9,037 nt of DNA. It comes from a virus (lineage: Duplodnaviria; Heunggongvirae; Uroviricota; Caudoviricetes). The position numbers were made by a program, and so were the translations under genes. The DNA lies in the IMG/VR virus record IMGVR_UViG_2778261463_000001, positions 1 to 9,037 of that record, one strand, 5' to 3'. The notes under the pieces are model-generated. The model ran no database searches. It was not told the origin of the DNA and saw only the letters and a program-made list of their open reading frames with translations. Each line of letters begins with the position of its first letter. The first letter of the stretch is position 1. Shown in pieces: positions 1 to 7,036 of this stretch.

Positions 1-154
1 TCGAAACGTACTCTCAACAGTTCGCTTAGGCATGGAAGTTTTGCGGCATTCTGGCTACACAATAACAAGGGAAGACTTACTCGTGGCTGCAACCCTACTA
101 GCTCAAAATTTATTCACACATGGTTACGCTTTGGGGAAATTATGAGGGGATCTC

Positions 155-394
155 TCAGCACTCAGCTCGCCCTTCTTCCCGTCTTTTGTCAATATATTCC
201 GCAAGATCCTGAATGTTGATGCAGCGTTTTGCTTTTTGTGATGTACCGATGCGATATGTAGGTACAGGCAACTTACAAGCGTTTGCTTTTGCTTCTGCTG
301 TGGCTGGACTCATACCAAAGTATTTTTGACTAACTGCTGAGAGTTCAATGTTTAGGGTATTGAATTCAGCCATCAGTAAAAACAAGGTGTTCAT
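155..394 (-). CDS. Excisionase-like small DNA-binding protein (Xis/AlpA-like); start uncertain (alternatives 421, 406, 373)
   Basis: Six-frame ORF 155..421. ATG at 394 has GGAG 6 nt upstream. Small basic protein (motifs KLPVPTYRIG, DLAEYIDKRR) as last gene of the leftward operon, the usual xis position. Family assignment from memory only. Confidence 0.5.
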   Translation of the reverse strand: MNTLFLLMAEFNTLNIELSAVSQKYFGMSPATAEAKANACKLPVPTYRIGTSQKAKRCINIQDLAEYIDKRREEGRAEC

Positions 395-430
395 AATTTT
401 CTCCATCAAAACCGGCTGCACCCGGGAAAA

Positions 431-1006
431 TCATAATTCTGTGCTGGTGGCAGGAATTAATTTCTGCCAGATAGCGGAAACATATTTTGCCTGATGACGA
501 GCATCAGCCAGGGCGTTGTGCCGTTCGCCATCGAAAGGCATGTCCATTTTGGGGTCGAATCCGATGGAACGCCCAAGCGTAACGATCGTGCGTACATCGT
601 GGTCATTCCAGTATGCCCACGGGCAGATTTGTCCTGCTCGCTCATAAGCTCCACGTAAAATTACGTTGTCGAAGGTGGCCCCGTTACCCCAGACTTTTAA
701 ATATTTCGTATTGGCTGCGTGCCGGTTAATGAAATGATTTAGTTCTGAGAGAGCATCGCTGATCGACAAAGTATCATCAATACAGATTGCAGCTCGTGCT
801 TCAGGGCTTTGTTTCAACCACCACAGGATGGTATCGCCGTCAGGTGTAGCTCCTTGCCCCATAGCACTTTCCAGGCTAACAACCGTATAGAATTCTTGTC
901 CGATGTCTCCGGTTTCTGGAGTGAAGAACACCGCGCCAATGGAAACGATCGGTGCATCCTTATTTTTCCCCATCGTCTCAAGGTCGATCATTAAGTTGTT
1001 CATCAC
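431..1006 (-). CDS. DnaQ-like (DEDD) 3'-5' exonuclease, prophage exodeoxyribonuclease-VIII-like
   Basis: 191-aa ORF with N-terminal MIDLETMG (Exo I D-x-E motif) and C-terminal H-x4-D (HNALADA). Start overlaps the upstream stop in ATGA (1003-1006). Confidence 0.7.
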   Translation of the reverse strand: MMNNLMIDLETMGKNKDAPIVSIGAVFFTPETGDIGQEFYTVVSLESAMGQGATPDGDTILWWLKQSPEARAAICIDDTLSISDALSELNHFINRHAANTKYLKVWGNGATFDNVILRGAYERAGQICPWAYWNDHDVRTIVTLGRSIGFDPKMDMPFDGERHNALADARHQAKYVSAIWQKLIPATSTEL

Positions 1007-1569
1007 TTCACCTCCTGCGGCGGTTCCGGTAGCGGCATCCAGTGAGTTGCTTGCTCAATACCATTACCCGGCTTAATCGTTGCATCTCCGCGCCGAAAGG
1101 TGCTTCCGGTATAGCGTGCGGAGCATATTAGCGGTTCAACCAGAGAGCTATCGAAATTCACCGAAATAAGCACGTTCTGGCCCTTTTCAGGCATTTGATC
1201 ACTACAGCTTATCCAACTATCCGGAGTTCCCGGAGAGTTGCCATTTACATCGAAGTTAGGCTCTGCGTCCTGAACTAGGAGGATGTAACCATTCTTGGCT
1301 GTATCAAGTTCTAACGCCTCGGTGACGGTGCCGAAATAGCGATTACCTAAATCAGCATCACAAGTGCTTACATCAATGGAAACTTCCATGCCTTCGATTA
1401 ATTCTGGCAAGTTGTAAGTTTGGCTTACAGGCTCGACTTCCAGTGAGGCTAACGCAATCCGTGCCAGTTCTTCCGCTTCTTCTGCTGGCAGTACAACGTT
1501 GCTACCAGGTCCGTATGTTTCGCGCCACTGCTTGATTGTCAGCAGTCGCTCTTTGGTAATAGTGGTCAT
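1003..1569 (-). CDS. DUF551-family prophage protein
   Basis: 188-aa ORF ending in THWMPLPEPP, the typical DUF551 C-terminal signature. AGGA 7 nt upstream of the ATG. ATGA overlap with the upstream gene at 1566-1569. Confidence 0.7.
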   Translation of the reverse strand: MTTITKERLLTIKQWRETYGPGSNVVLPAEEAEELARIALASLEVEPVSQTYNLPELIEGMEVSIDVSTCDADLGNRYFGTVTEALELDTAKNGYILLVQDAEPNFDVNGNSPGTPDSWISCSDQMPEKGQNVLISVNFDSSLVEPLICSARYTGSTFRRGDATIKPGNGIEQATHWMPLPEPPQEVK

Positions 1570-1775
1570 TTGTTAATCCTCAAAACTTTATGCCCGGGCG
1601 CAAAAGCACGCGTTTTGTCTTTGCTTATTCGCCAGCCATCCTTGCGCGCCTCTTTTGCACAGCCAGCCCATGACGTACCTATATACTCACCGAAGTCTGG
1701 CGACTTATATTTGCCATCTGTACACTGGAGGCAATCACAATAGAGATGCATGGTGTAACTTGCAGCGATAGCCAT
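1566..1775 (-). CDS. Small Cys-rich (putative zinc-binding) phage protein, 69 aa
   Basis: Internal ATG at 1775 of ORF 1566..1937, preceded by AGGAGA. The longer form would overlap the Ea22-like gene out of frame. Contains C-x-C-x2-C ... C cluster (HLYCDCLQC...GC). Confidence 0.55.
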   Translation of the reverse strand: MAIAASYTMHLYCDCLQCTDGKYKSPDFGEYIGTSWAGCAKEARKDGWRISKDKTRAFAPGHKVLRINK

Positions 1776-1776
1776 A

Positions 1777-2328
1777 TCACTCTCCTTTGATGCGAATGCC
1801 AGCGGCGCGCTCAGCTTCATTTTGTTCCCAAAACCACTTGTGAAGCGCCATAAGCTTTTCGTCAATCGGTGCATATTTGCGATTAAAGTAGGCCTGAGCA
1901 TCTTTCTCAGATTCGTCCGGCAATTCGCCTGGGCCAAACAGTGTGTTATAAATCCATGCCAGTCCGCTTTTAGCGTCGCCAGTCGATTGCCATTCGATAA
2001 TGGCAGCCTGCATGACCAGAATGTTTTTCCCGATTAATAGGTCCAGTTCTTTGTACCGGTTGCGGATGTATGCATTCTCGCTTTGTAATTCAGCGTTTCG
2101 CTTCTCTGCTGCTTCCAGCTCATCCAGCAGCGCCAAGACGGTGGCAGGATTGGCGGCGGCTATGAATCGTTTATTGGCGCGATTATCTGGTCCTGAGCAT
2201 GATGCTATGTAGTAATTGGCGTTCAGTCCGGCATCGGCAATTACTCCATGGTAGTCATCAGCACACCATTCGCCTGGTGTTGCATTTTCTGCCGCCAGTC
2301 GCAGAGCCTGATAGTTAATCTCGCTCAC
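1777..2328 (-). CDS. Ead/Ea22-like family protein
   Basis: 183-aa ORF with GTG start at 2328 preceded by AGGAGG (6-nt spacer). GTGA overlap with the upstream stop. Coiled-coil-like acidic protein typical of lambdoid ea22-like early genes (from memory). Confidence 0.6.
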   Translation of the reverse strand: MSEINYQALRLAAENATPGEWCADDYHGVIADAGLNANYYIASCSGPDNRANKRFIAAANPATVLALLDELEAAEKRNAELQSENAYIRNRYKELDLLIGKNILVMQAAIIEWQSTGDAKSGLAWIYNTLFGPGELPDESEKDAQAYFNRKYAPIDEKLMALHKWFWEQNEAERAAGIRIKGE

Positions 2329-2564
2329 TGGTTGCCTCCTTTACGGATCTGCGCTGCGATGCGCGAAAAAAAAGACTCCCGCGTATGACTGTTAAGAGCT
2401 GGCGAGAACGCTGCGTTAAGAACGGCAGCATCACAGCCGTCATCGATATAGAGCGCAATTTTTTTCTCCAGGCGCGCTTTGGCTTCCTGCAACTGCATAC
2501 CCCGGCACGCACGCGGGATATACTCAGCAATTTGAGCGATAGATTTTTCGTTCTGTTTAAACAT
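2325..2564 (-). CDS. Hypothetical small phage protein (79 aa)
   Basis: ORF with GAGGTG 4 nt upstream of the ATG at 2564. Packed in the operon with an 8-nt overlap to the upstream gene. No recognisable domain. Confidence 0.5.
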   Translation of the reverse strand: MFKQNEKSIAQIAEYIPRACRGMQLQEAKARLEKKIALYIDDGCDAAVLNAAFSPALNSHTRESFFSRIAAQIRKGGNQ

Positions 2565-2760
2565 GCTTCACCTCGATAGGCTTGATGCTGTCGATCAGCA
2601 GTCGGCGGCGCGTATTTTCTGCAAAGTGGCGGCGTCCGGTTTCTTTGTGGTAAAACTCGTTTTTTCCGACGACCCACATCCGCTTTGTCTGGTGCAGTTT
2701 TTTTACCTGCGGACCGTCTCGGGTGATAACAATTCCTGTATGAGTTTTTATCACGCTCAT
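2557..2760 (-). CDS. Hypothetical small basic phage protein (67 aa)
   Basis: ORF with GGAG 8 nt upstream of the ATG at 2760. ATGA overlap with the stop of the upstream gene (2757-2760). Confidence 0.5.
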   Translation of the reverse strand: MSVIKTHTGIVITRDGPQVKKLHQTKRMWVVGKNEFYHKETGRRHFAENTRRRLLIDSIKPIEVKHV

Positions 2761-3119
2761 TTCTTATTCTCCGGTGCTTTCGGCATTACTGCCCAGTGAG
2801 TGATATTGACGTTTTCAAGGTCCCCGACCTGAAATGTCCACTGCCATTCTCCGGTTTCTTTTTGTCCCCAGGTGTACCAGAGAGAACGCCAGCCAATTAG
2901 CCAGCCTTCTCCGTTAGCATCAAATAACAGAACACTTTCATTTGCTGGTGGCAGTTCAGCTGACACTGGTATTATTTTGTTTTCCAGTGCCGTACATTTA
3001 GCTTCAAGCGCATCGAATTTACGTACCAGGTACTCAGCATTTGTTTCGTTCACTTTCAGATCTCGCGGTATACATTTCCCGCGAAGAAACCCTTCCATTT
3101 CGAAAACATTCATGCGCAT
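2757..3119 (-). CDS. yfdS: YfdS-like prophage protein (120 aa) with DUF551-like C-terminus
   Basis: 120-aa ORF directly downstream of the yfdR-like gene. Length matches E. coli K-12 YfdS as I recall it. C-terminus ITHWAVMPKAPE resembles the DUF551 signature. Confidence 0.55.
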   Translation of the reverse strand: MRMNVFEMEGFLRGKCIPRDLKVNETNAEYLVRKFDALEAKCTALENKIIPVSAELPPANESVLLFDANGEGWLIGWRSLWYTWGQKETGEWQWTFQVGDLENVNITHWAVMPKAPENKK

Positions 3120-3646
3120 TTGCGTAACTCCGATAAATCGTTAAAACGTTCCATAAACATCCCGTAGGCATGACCCGGTGCCAGTGGAATCACGTTGAAC
3201 ATCTCTGTTGCCGGGATGCCTTCCAGTACAGGCCAGAAAGAGCCATCATCAAGCCCGAGATCGCGGCGTTCGGTTGCCAGCATGATGAGATCGGCATATT
3301 TCACGGGTGTACTCATAACTGGGGGTAACCCGTATTTCTCACGGATTACGGCGTCTATTTTTTCTTCCATCCGTTTATAGTCAGGAAGAAGGCGTTTCAG
3401 TGGTGCGGGAATGTCCTGGCAATACGCTTCTGTTGCATCATGCATTAACGCTTCAAAAGCAAATTCCTGCGGCACCAGCTGGCTGCAAAGAACCGCATGT
3501 TGGGCGACGCTGTAGAAGTGCGAAAGATGACCGGCAAAGCGACAGATATTTGAAAGGGAAACCGCGATATCGTTAATATCGATGTCGTCTTTATTTATCT
3601 TGTCATAATAAAAATGCTTCCCGGAAAAAGTTTTAATAAATGACAT
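3110..3646 (-). CDS. yfdR: HD-domain phosphohydrolase, YfdR-like (178 aa)
   Basis: ORF 3110..3673; ATG at 3646 preceded by GGAGAA gives 178 aa. Metal-binding motifs H-x..-HD-x..-D visible (HAVLCSQ...LMHDATEAYCQDIP). Length and context match K-12 YfdR. Confidence 0.7.
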   Translation of the reverse strand: MSFIKTFSGKHFYYDKINKDDIDINDIAVSLSNICRFAGHLSHFYSVAQHAVLCSQLVPQEFAFEALMHDATEAYCQDIPAPLKRLLPDYKRMEEKIDAVIREKYGLPPVMSTPVKYADLIMLATERRDLGLDDGSFWPVLEGIPATEMFNVIPLAPGHAYGMFMERFNDLSELRKCA

Positions 3647-3739
3647 TTTGTTCTCCACGTATATGCACTGCACCGCGCTGAATTCTGGTAAAAGGAAGCC
3701 CTCACCATCCGGTGATTATTGAGTTAATTACGTTTCCAT

Positions 3740-3761
3740 AAATGCCCCCGCAGGGGCATTT
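3740..3761 (-). promoter_or_regulatory. Intergenic GC-rich hairpin between the yfdQ-like and yfdR-like genes (9-bp perfect stem, 4-nt loop)
   Basis: AAATGCCCC-cgca-GGGGCATTT. Only 3 T/U follow the stem on either strand, so at most a weak terminator; could be an RNA stability or processing element. Confidence 0.35.
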
Positions 3762-3773
3762 GCAGTAATGAAA

Positions 3774-4598
3774 TCAGGCGGTGAAAGTACCAATAAAGGT
3801 TTCTACTTTGCTGTCTTTGAATTTCTCAACAAGCAGATCACGAAATTCGTTAGCCATTTCTTCCTGCACCGCTTCCAGCTGAATAATGCGCAGAACCAGT
3901 ACAGGACGATCGCCAGTGATAATGCTGAGGCGTAATTTAAACGGACGTTCTTTCAGACCTTCAAACGGAACGCATTTAAATTCAAATGCCACTGGCATAA
4001 TGTCTTTGGTCTTCGCTTCGACAGACTCCATCAGGGAGCGTTTGCCGCTGAAGTCATTATCTTCAAAATCAGCGGTCTGGTTTGCTTCAATCGTGATTTT
4101 ACGGACTGCCGCAGCCGCTTTTGTTGCTTGAATGGCGTCACCATTAGCATCAAAGCCCACAAGGTAGTCGGCCCAGTCTTCGATCCATTCTGCCAGTGAC
4201 TTCTGGGAGTTACGCTCGCCGTTAACAGACAACAGAGCAGAGAACGGTGCTGTCTTTTTCAGTTTGAGAGTGGCAGTGTTATCTGCGTGACCTGGCTCAT
4301 CAATAGTACCCAGGTTAAGCACACTGACGGCACGCATATTATCGGCATCGATAAAGCAGCGGGTGCCTTCATCTGCAAGATCTTTAGAATAACGGGTAAA
4401 ATCATCGATGCTGGCAGTGGAAAGTGCACCACGGAAACGGAAGCGATTTAAATTAAATTTTTCCAGATCATGAATGCGGAAATTCTCAGGCAATGCCACA
4501 GCATCGGCACCAATCTTACTGATAATTTCATTAACACCCTGAGCAGAAATAAGGGCATGGATTTGATTAATTGCGGTTGCGTCTAAGTTCTGAGACAT
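3774..4598 (-). CDS. yfdQ: YfdQ-like protein (DUF2303 family), 274 aa
   Basis: 274-aa ORF between the yfdP-like and yfdR-like genes. Length and gene order match the K-12 CPS-53 yfdP-yfdQ-yfdR-yfdS block (from memory). Confidence 0.65.
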   Translation of the reverse strand: MSQNLDATAINQIHALISAQGVNEIISKIGADAVALPENFRIHDLEKFNLNRFRFRGALSTASIDDFTRYSKDLADEGTRCFIDADNMRAVSVLNLGTIDEPGHADNTATLKLKKTAPFSALLSVNGERNSQKSLAEWIEDWADYLVGFDANGDAIQATKAAAAVRKITIEANQTADFEDNDFSGKRSLMESVEAKTKDIMPVAFEFKCVPFEGLKERPFKLRLSIITGDRPVLVLRIIQLEAVQEEMANEFRDLLVEKFKDSKVETFIGTFTA

Positions 4599-4663
4599 AA
4601 TAAGTCCTCACTATATAAAGATATTCAGTGATGAGATAAATAATCAGTTTATTACGAACGATA

Positions 4664-5026
4664 TTAACGACCTGCTGCGCGGAGTTTTCCGTCAGGTTCA
4701 CCGGCAAGAGTCAGTAATTGTCCCTGGTCTTCCTGCAGAATAGTCAGGCGACCACCGCGATTGACATACATCGGCGTTTCGGTGGTGTCTTCTTCGGAAA
4801 TTTTCCCGCGGTTAGTCGGGCGAATATAAGAGAGTTTGTGTTTGATTTTCACACGGTTCTCATCAAATGGTTCGATTTCCAGGTTGAGTGAGACCTTACC
4901 TTTGGTTTTCGTGTTCATCACACCGGAAGCGACTTCACTGAGAACAGCGCCGATTTTGGTTTCAAATACGCCGCCGTCCAGCTCCCCGATAAATGCCTGC
5001 ACATCAGTACTGCGTTCGCTAGCCAT
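4664..5026 (-). CDS. yfdP: YfdP-like protein (120 aa), first gene of the pL operon
   Basis: ATG at 5026 preceded by GAGGAG (7-nt spacer) gives 120 aa (MASERSTDVQ...). The six-frame extension to a TTG at 5212 runs through a 15-bp perfect inverted repeat and lacks an RBS, so is judged non-coding. Confidence 0.6.
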   Translation of the reverse strand: MASERSTDVQAFIGELDGGVFETKIGAVLSEVASGVMNTKTKGKVSLNLEIEPFDENRVKIKHKLSYIRPTNRGKISEEDTTETPMYVNRGGRLTILQEDQGQLLTLAGEPDGKLRAAGR

Positions 5027-5074
5027 TTTGCTGCTCCTCATCATATCGACCCTGTAAGGTCGGTTGGTTTCTCC

Positions 5075-5163
5075 ACAAAACAGAGAAGAACACCTGCGGT
5101 GGCAGCCGCCCGGATGGATTGGGTTATGAGCCCGTCGTCCGGTGATGCTCTTCTCTGTTTTGT
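5075..5163 (-). repeat. 15-bp perfect inverted repeat (ACAAAACAGAGAAGA / TCTTCTCTGTTTTGT) enclosing 59 bp, in the 5' leader of the yfdP-like gene
   Basis: Arms at 5075-5089 and 5149-5163 are exact reverse complements. Expected number of such repeats by chance in 9 kb is about 0.001. Function (RNA stem, processing site or protein site) is inferred, not shown. Confidence 0.6.
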
Positions 5164-5209
5164 AAAAAGAGCGGTACCAGCCGGAAGCAAGTGTACAAAC
5201 TGGTACCGC
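5164..5209 (-). terminator. Terminator-like hairpin on the pL transcript: 10-bp perfect stem, 19-nt loop, then UCUUUUU
   Basis: GCGGTACCAG (5171-5180) and CTGGTACCGC (5200-5209) are exact reverse complements. On the minus strand the stem is followed immediately by a T-rich tract (plus 5164-5170). The loop is long for a classical intrinsic terminator. Confidence 0.35.
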
Positions 5210-5367
5210 CAAAGCAGTGGCTGTTGTGGTGACCGGTGCTGATCTCCGGCTTGCGGTTATTTCAGACTCTCACGGGCGTTTAATTGCCCCGCCGAACAGC
5301 TCTTTTCCGCAATAGCTGCAATGTCTTTCGCGCATCAGCCTGCGCATTCACCACAACTCTAAAAACA

Positions 5368-5420
5368 AATGTAGGATATCCAACATGTGAGTGTCAAGAG
5401 TTTATGTTGGTTATCCTACA
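5368..5420 (-). promoter_or_regulatory. OL/pL: leftward promoter (-35 TTGACA at 5397-5392, -10 TACATT at 5373-5368, 18-bp spacer) with two 16-bp dyad operators
   Basis: Operators TGTAGGATATCCAACA (5370-5385) and TGTTGGTTATCCTACA (5405-5420). The first is identical to OR1 in reverse complement. Promoter hexamers read on the minus strand. Confidence 0.6.
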
Positions 5421-5437
5421 TAAAAAGATAGGCTCAT

Positions 5438-5463
5438 AAAAAAACCGGGGATACCCCGGTTTT
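5438..5463 (-). terminator. Intrinsic terminator downstream of cI (bidirectional architecture)
   Basis: A7-CCGGGG-ATA-CCCCGG-T4 starting 20 nt past the cI stop. On the minus strand the 6-bp GC stem is followed by 7 U. Confidence 0.7.
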
Positions 5464-5483
5464 GCGATAGTGAGGAAGATGTG

Positions 5484-6137
5484 TCAAAAATCCATTATTA
5501 CTTGTTTGACAAGACCAACTATTCTGCAGTTCTCACCGCATTCAATAGTTTTATAGTTAGGATTTAGTGGGACGAGATACCTGTTCGGCCAGTCCTCAAC
5601 AAATTTTTTGAGTGTCGCTTCTTGCCCACCATTGATATGGGCAACAACGATTTTTCCGTTAATACACTCTGTATCAATAATATCTGGCTCTACGATAACG
5701 ATAGAACCTTCTGGTATCGATGGTGAGCCGAGGGGATTGGTCATTGAATCACCACGGACCCGTAGTGCAAATGCCATTTCTGATACAAGGGCGGTAGTAT
5801 AAACCCACTCTTCAGCATCTTCTTTCCTGACACCAGGCTCCGTCATTGTCCATGAACCCGCCTGAACCCACGAGATGAGGGGGACTTTTTTAACTGCGAA
5901 TATTTCAGGTTTTAGATTTATCTTTGGTTCAGGCGAGCCTTTTCCGCTAACAAGCCACAGAGGATCGCATTTAAGTGCGTTGGCTAGGGCTTGAAGGTTG
6001 GCTCCATTTGGTTGGTAGTCGTCCTTTTCCCATCCAGTAACCGTGACACGGTTCACACCAGTCAAATCAGCCAGTGCTTGTTGTGTCAGGTTCAGTTCTT
6101 TTCGCCTTTGGCGAATACGATCACTCATGTTCATCAT
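5484..6137 (-). CDS. cI: CI-type prophage repressor: N-terminal HTH (XRE family) plus C-terminal S24 LexA-like autopeptidase
   Basis: 217-aa ORF. HTH region LTQQALADLTGVNRVTVTGWE. Probable Ala-Gly cleavage site (VQAGSW). Catalytic Ser in RGDSM and downstream Lys (TLKKF). Divergent from cro across an operator region. Confidence 0.85.
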   Translation of the reverse strand: MMNMSDRIRQRRKELNLTQQALADLTGVNRVTVTGWEKDDYQPNGANLQALANALKCDPLWLVSGKGSPEPKINLKPEIFAVKKVPLISWVQAGSWTMTEPGVRKEDAEEWVYTTALVSEMAFALRVRGDSMTNPLGSPSIPEGSIVIVEPDIIDTECINGKIVVAHINGGQEATLKKFVEDWPNRYLVPLNPNYKTIECGENCRIVGLVKQVIMDF

Positions 6138-6201
6138 GTAGGCAATCCTACCACATGCCCATGTAGGATTCTTGACATTGGCATGTTGGATATCCTACAT
6201 T
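6137..6201. promoter_or_regulatory. OR/pR/pRM: three operators plus rightward promoter pR (-35 TTGACA 6172-6177, -10 TACATT 6196-6201, 18-bp spacer)
   Basis: OR1 TGTTGGATATCCTACA (6184-6199) lies between -35 and -10. OR2-like TGTAGGATTCTTGACA (6162-6177) overlaps the -35. OR3-like TGTAGGCAATCCTACC (6137-6152) abuts the cI start codon. Centre-to-centre spacing is 22-25 bp. Confidence 0.65.
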
Positions 6202-6232
6202 TCTGCTTAACGTAATTTAACGGGAGACAGAA

Positions 6233-6430
6233 ATGCGGAAATCCGACGTGATTAATTATTTCGGCGGAGTTTGTAAAACCGCCGAAGCCCTAGGTATTAA
6301 GCATCCGTCTGTTTCAGAGTGGCCTGAGATTATTCCTGAAGGCCGAGCGTACCAGTTAGAAAAAATTACTAACGGGAAACTGAAAGTTGACGTGTCTTTA
6401 TATCAAAAGACTAACAGTGCTGCGGCATAA
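6233..6430 (+). CDS. cro: Cro-like small HTH regulator (YdaS-type)
   Basis: 65-aa ORF with GGGAGA 5 nt upstream of the ATG, directly downstream of pR. HTH-like segment CKTAEALGIKHPSVSEW. Confidence 0.75.
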   Translation: MRKSDVINYFGGVCKTAEALGIKHPSVSEWPEIIPEGRAYQLEKITNGKLKVDVSLYQKTNSAAA

Positions 6431-6457
6431 AAACACCACAGAAATGAGGAATTAACC

Positions 6458-7036
6458 GTGGGTAAAGAACCTGAATGGAAAGTTGATAAACAACCAGCAT
6501 GGCTGGTGGCAGCAATACGAAGAACGATTGCTGATTTACCTCATGGCTATGAGGAAGCAGCAGAAATTCTTGGTTTGTATAAATCTGATGATATCACCCC
6601 AGCAAAAGATCAATTGCATAACAGACTGCGTAGCGGTGGGGATCAAATTTTTCCACTTGAGTGGGCCATGGTTTTACAGGATGCCAGTGGTACCAGGCAT
6701 GTAACAGATGCAATAGCCCGTCGTAGTAATGGGGTGTTTGTGCCGCTGGTGGTCATTGATGACATTGACAATGGTGACATTAATCAGCGGCTGATGGAGT
6801 CAATAGAATGGATTGGCAAGCATTCCCAGTACTTACGCAAGGCAACTGCTGATGGAGTTATTGACCTGGCTGAGCGTGAGCAAATCGAAGAGAACAGCTA
6901 CCAAGTAATGGCGAAGTGGCAGGAGCATTTAACACTGTTATTTCGTGTTTTTTGTGCGCCGGAAAAGAGTGACGCCCGCGAGTGTGCAGCTCCGGGCGTC
7001 GTGGCGTTTTGTGTCTGTGGAGAAACTAACGCATGA
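6458..7036 (+). CDS. CII-like regulator (YdaT-type), 192 aa
   Basis: GTG start at 6458 with GAGGA 8 nt upstream. Sits immediately after cro, as in the cI/YdaS/YdaT modules of Rac-like prophages. Family assignment from memory. Confidence 0.6.
   Translation: MGKEPEWKVDKQPAWLVAAIRRTIADLPHGYEEAAEILGLYKSDDITPAKDQLHNRLRSGGDQIFPLEWAMVLQDASGTRHVTDAIARRSNGVFVPLVVIDDIDNGDINQRLMESIEWIGKHSQYLRKATADGVIDLAEREQIEENSYQVMAKWQEHLTLLFRVFCAPEKSDARECAAPGVVAFCVCGETNA

Noticed and set aside
457-654. 65-aa minus-strand ORF inside the exonuclease gene
   Set aside because: Alternative frame wholly within the DnaQ-like exonuclease CDS.
1566-1937. 123-aa long form of the small Cys-rich ORF
   Set aside because: Its upstream 54 codons overlap the Ea22-like gene in a different frame. 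An internal ATG at 1775 with AGGAGA is the more plausible start.
2315-2677. 120-aa minus-strand ORF, Arg/Lys-rich
   Set aside because: Overlaps two better-supported tightly coupled genes (2325..2564 and 2557..2760) in another frame. Low-complexity RK-rich translation, typical of an off-frame artefact.
809-5057. Plus-strand ORFs antisense to the leftward operon (809..994, 1822..2037, 2000..2212, 2385..2579, 2563..2799, 2872..3144, 3195..3380, 3886..4131, 4836..5057)
   Set aside because: All lie inside longer minus-strand genes with RBSs and stop-start coupling. They have no RBS of their own and odd composition, so they are antisense shadow ORFs.
4664-5212. 182-aa long form of the yfdP-like ORF from a TTG at 5212
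   Set aside because: The extension has no RBS and runs through a 15-bp perfect inverted repeat and a 10-bp stem. An internal ATG at 5026 has a strong GAGGAG SD and gives the 120-aa length expected for YfdP.
5608-6215. Plus-strand ORFs 5608..5802 and 5991..6215 opposite cI
   Set aside because: Antisense to the well-supported cI gene; the second also crosses the operator and promoter region.
6483-6704. 73-aa plus-strand ORF inside the cII-like gene
   Set aside because: Alternative frame within the cII-like CDS.
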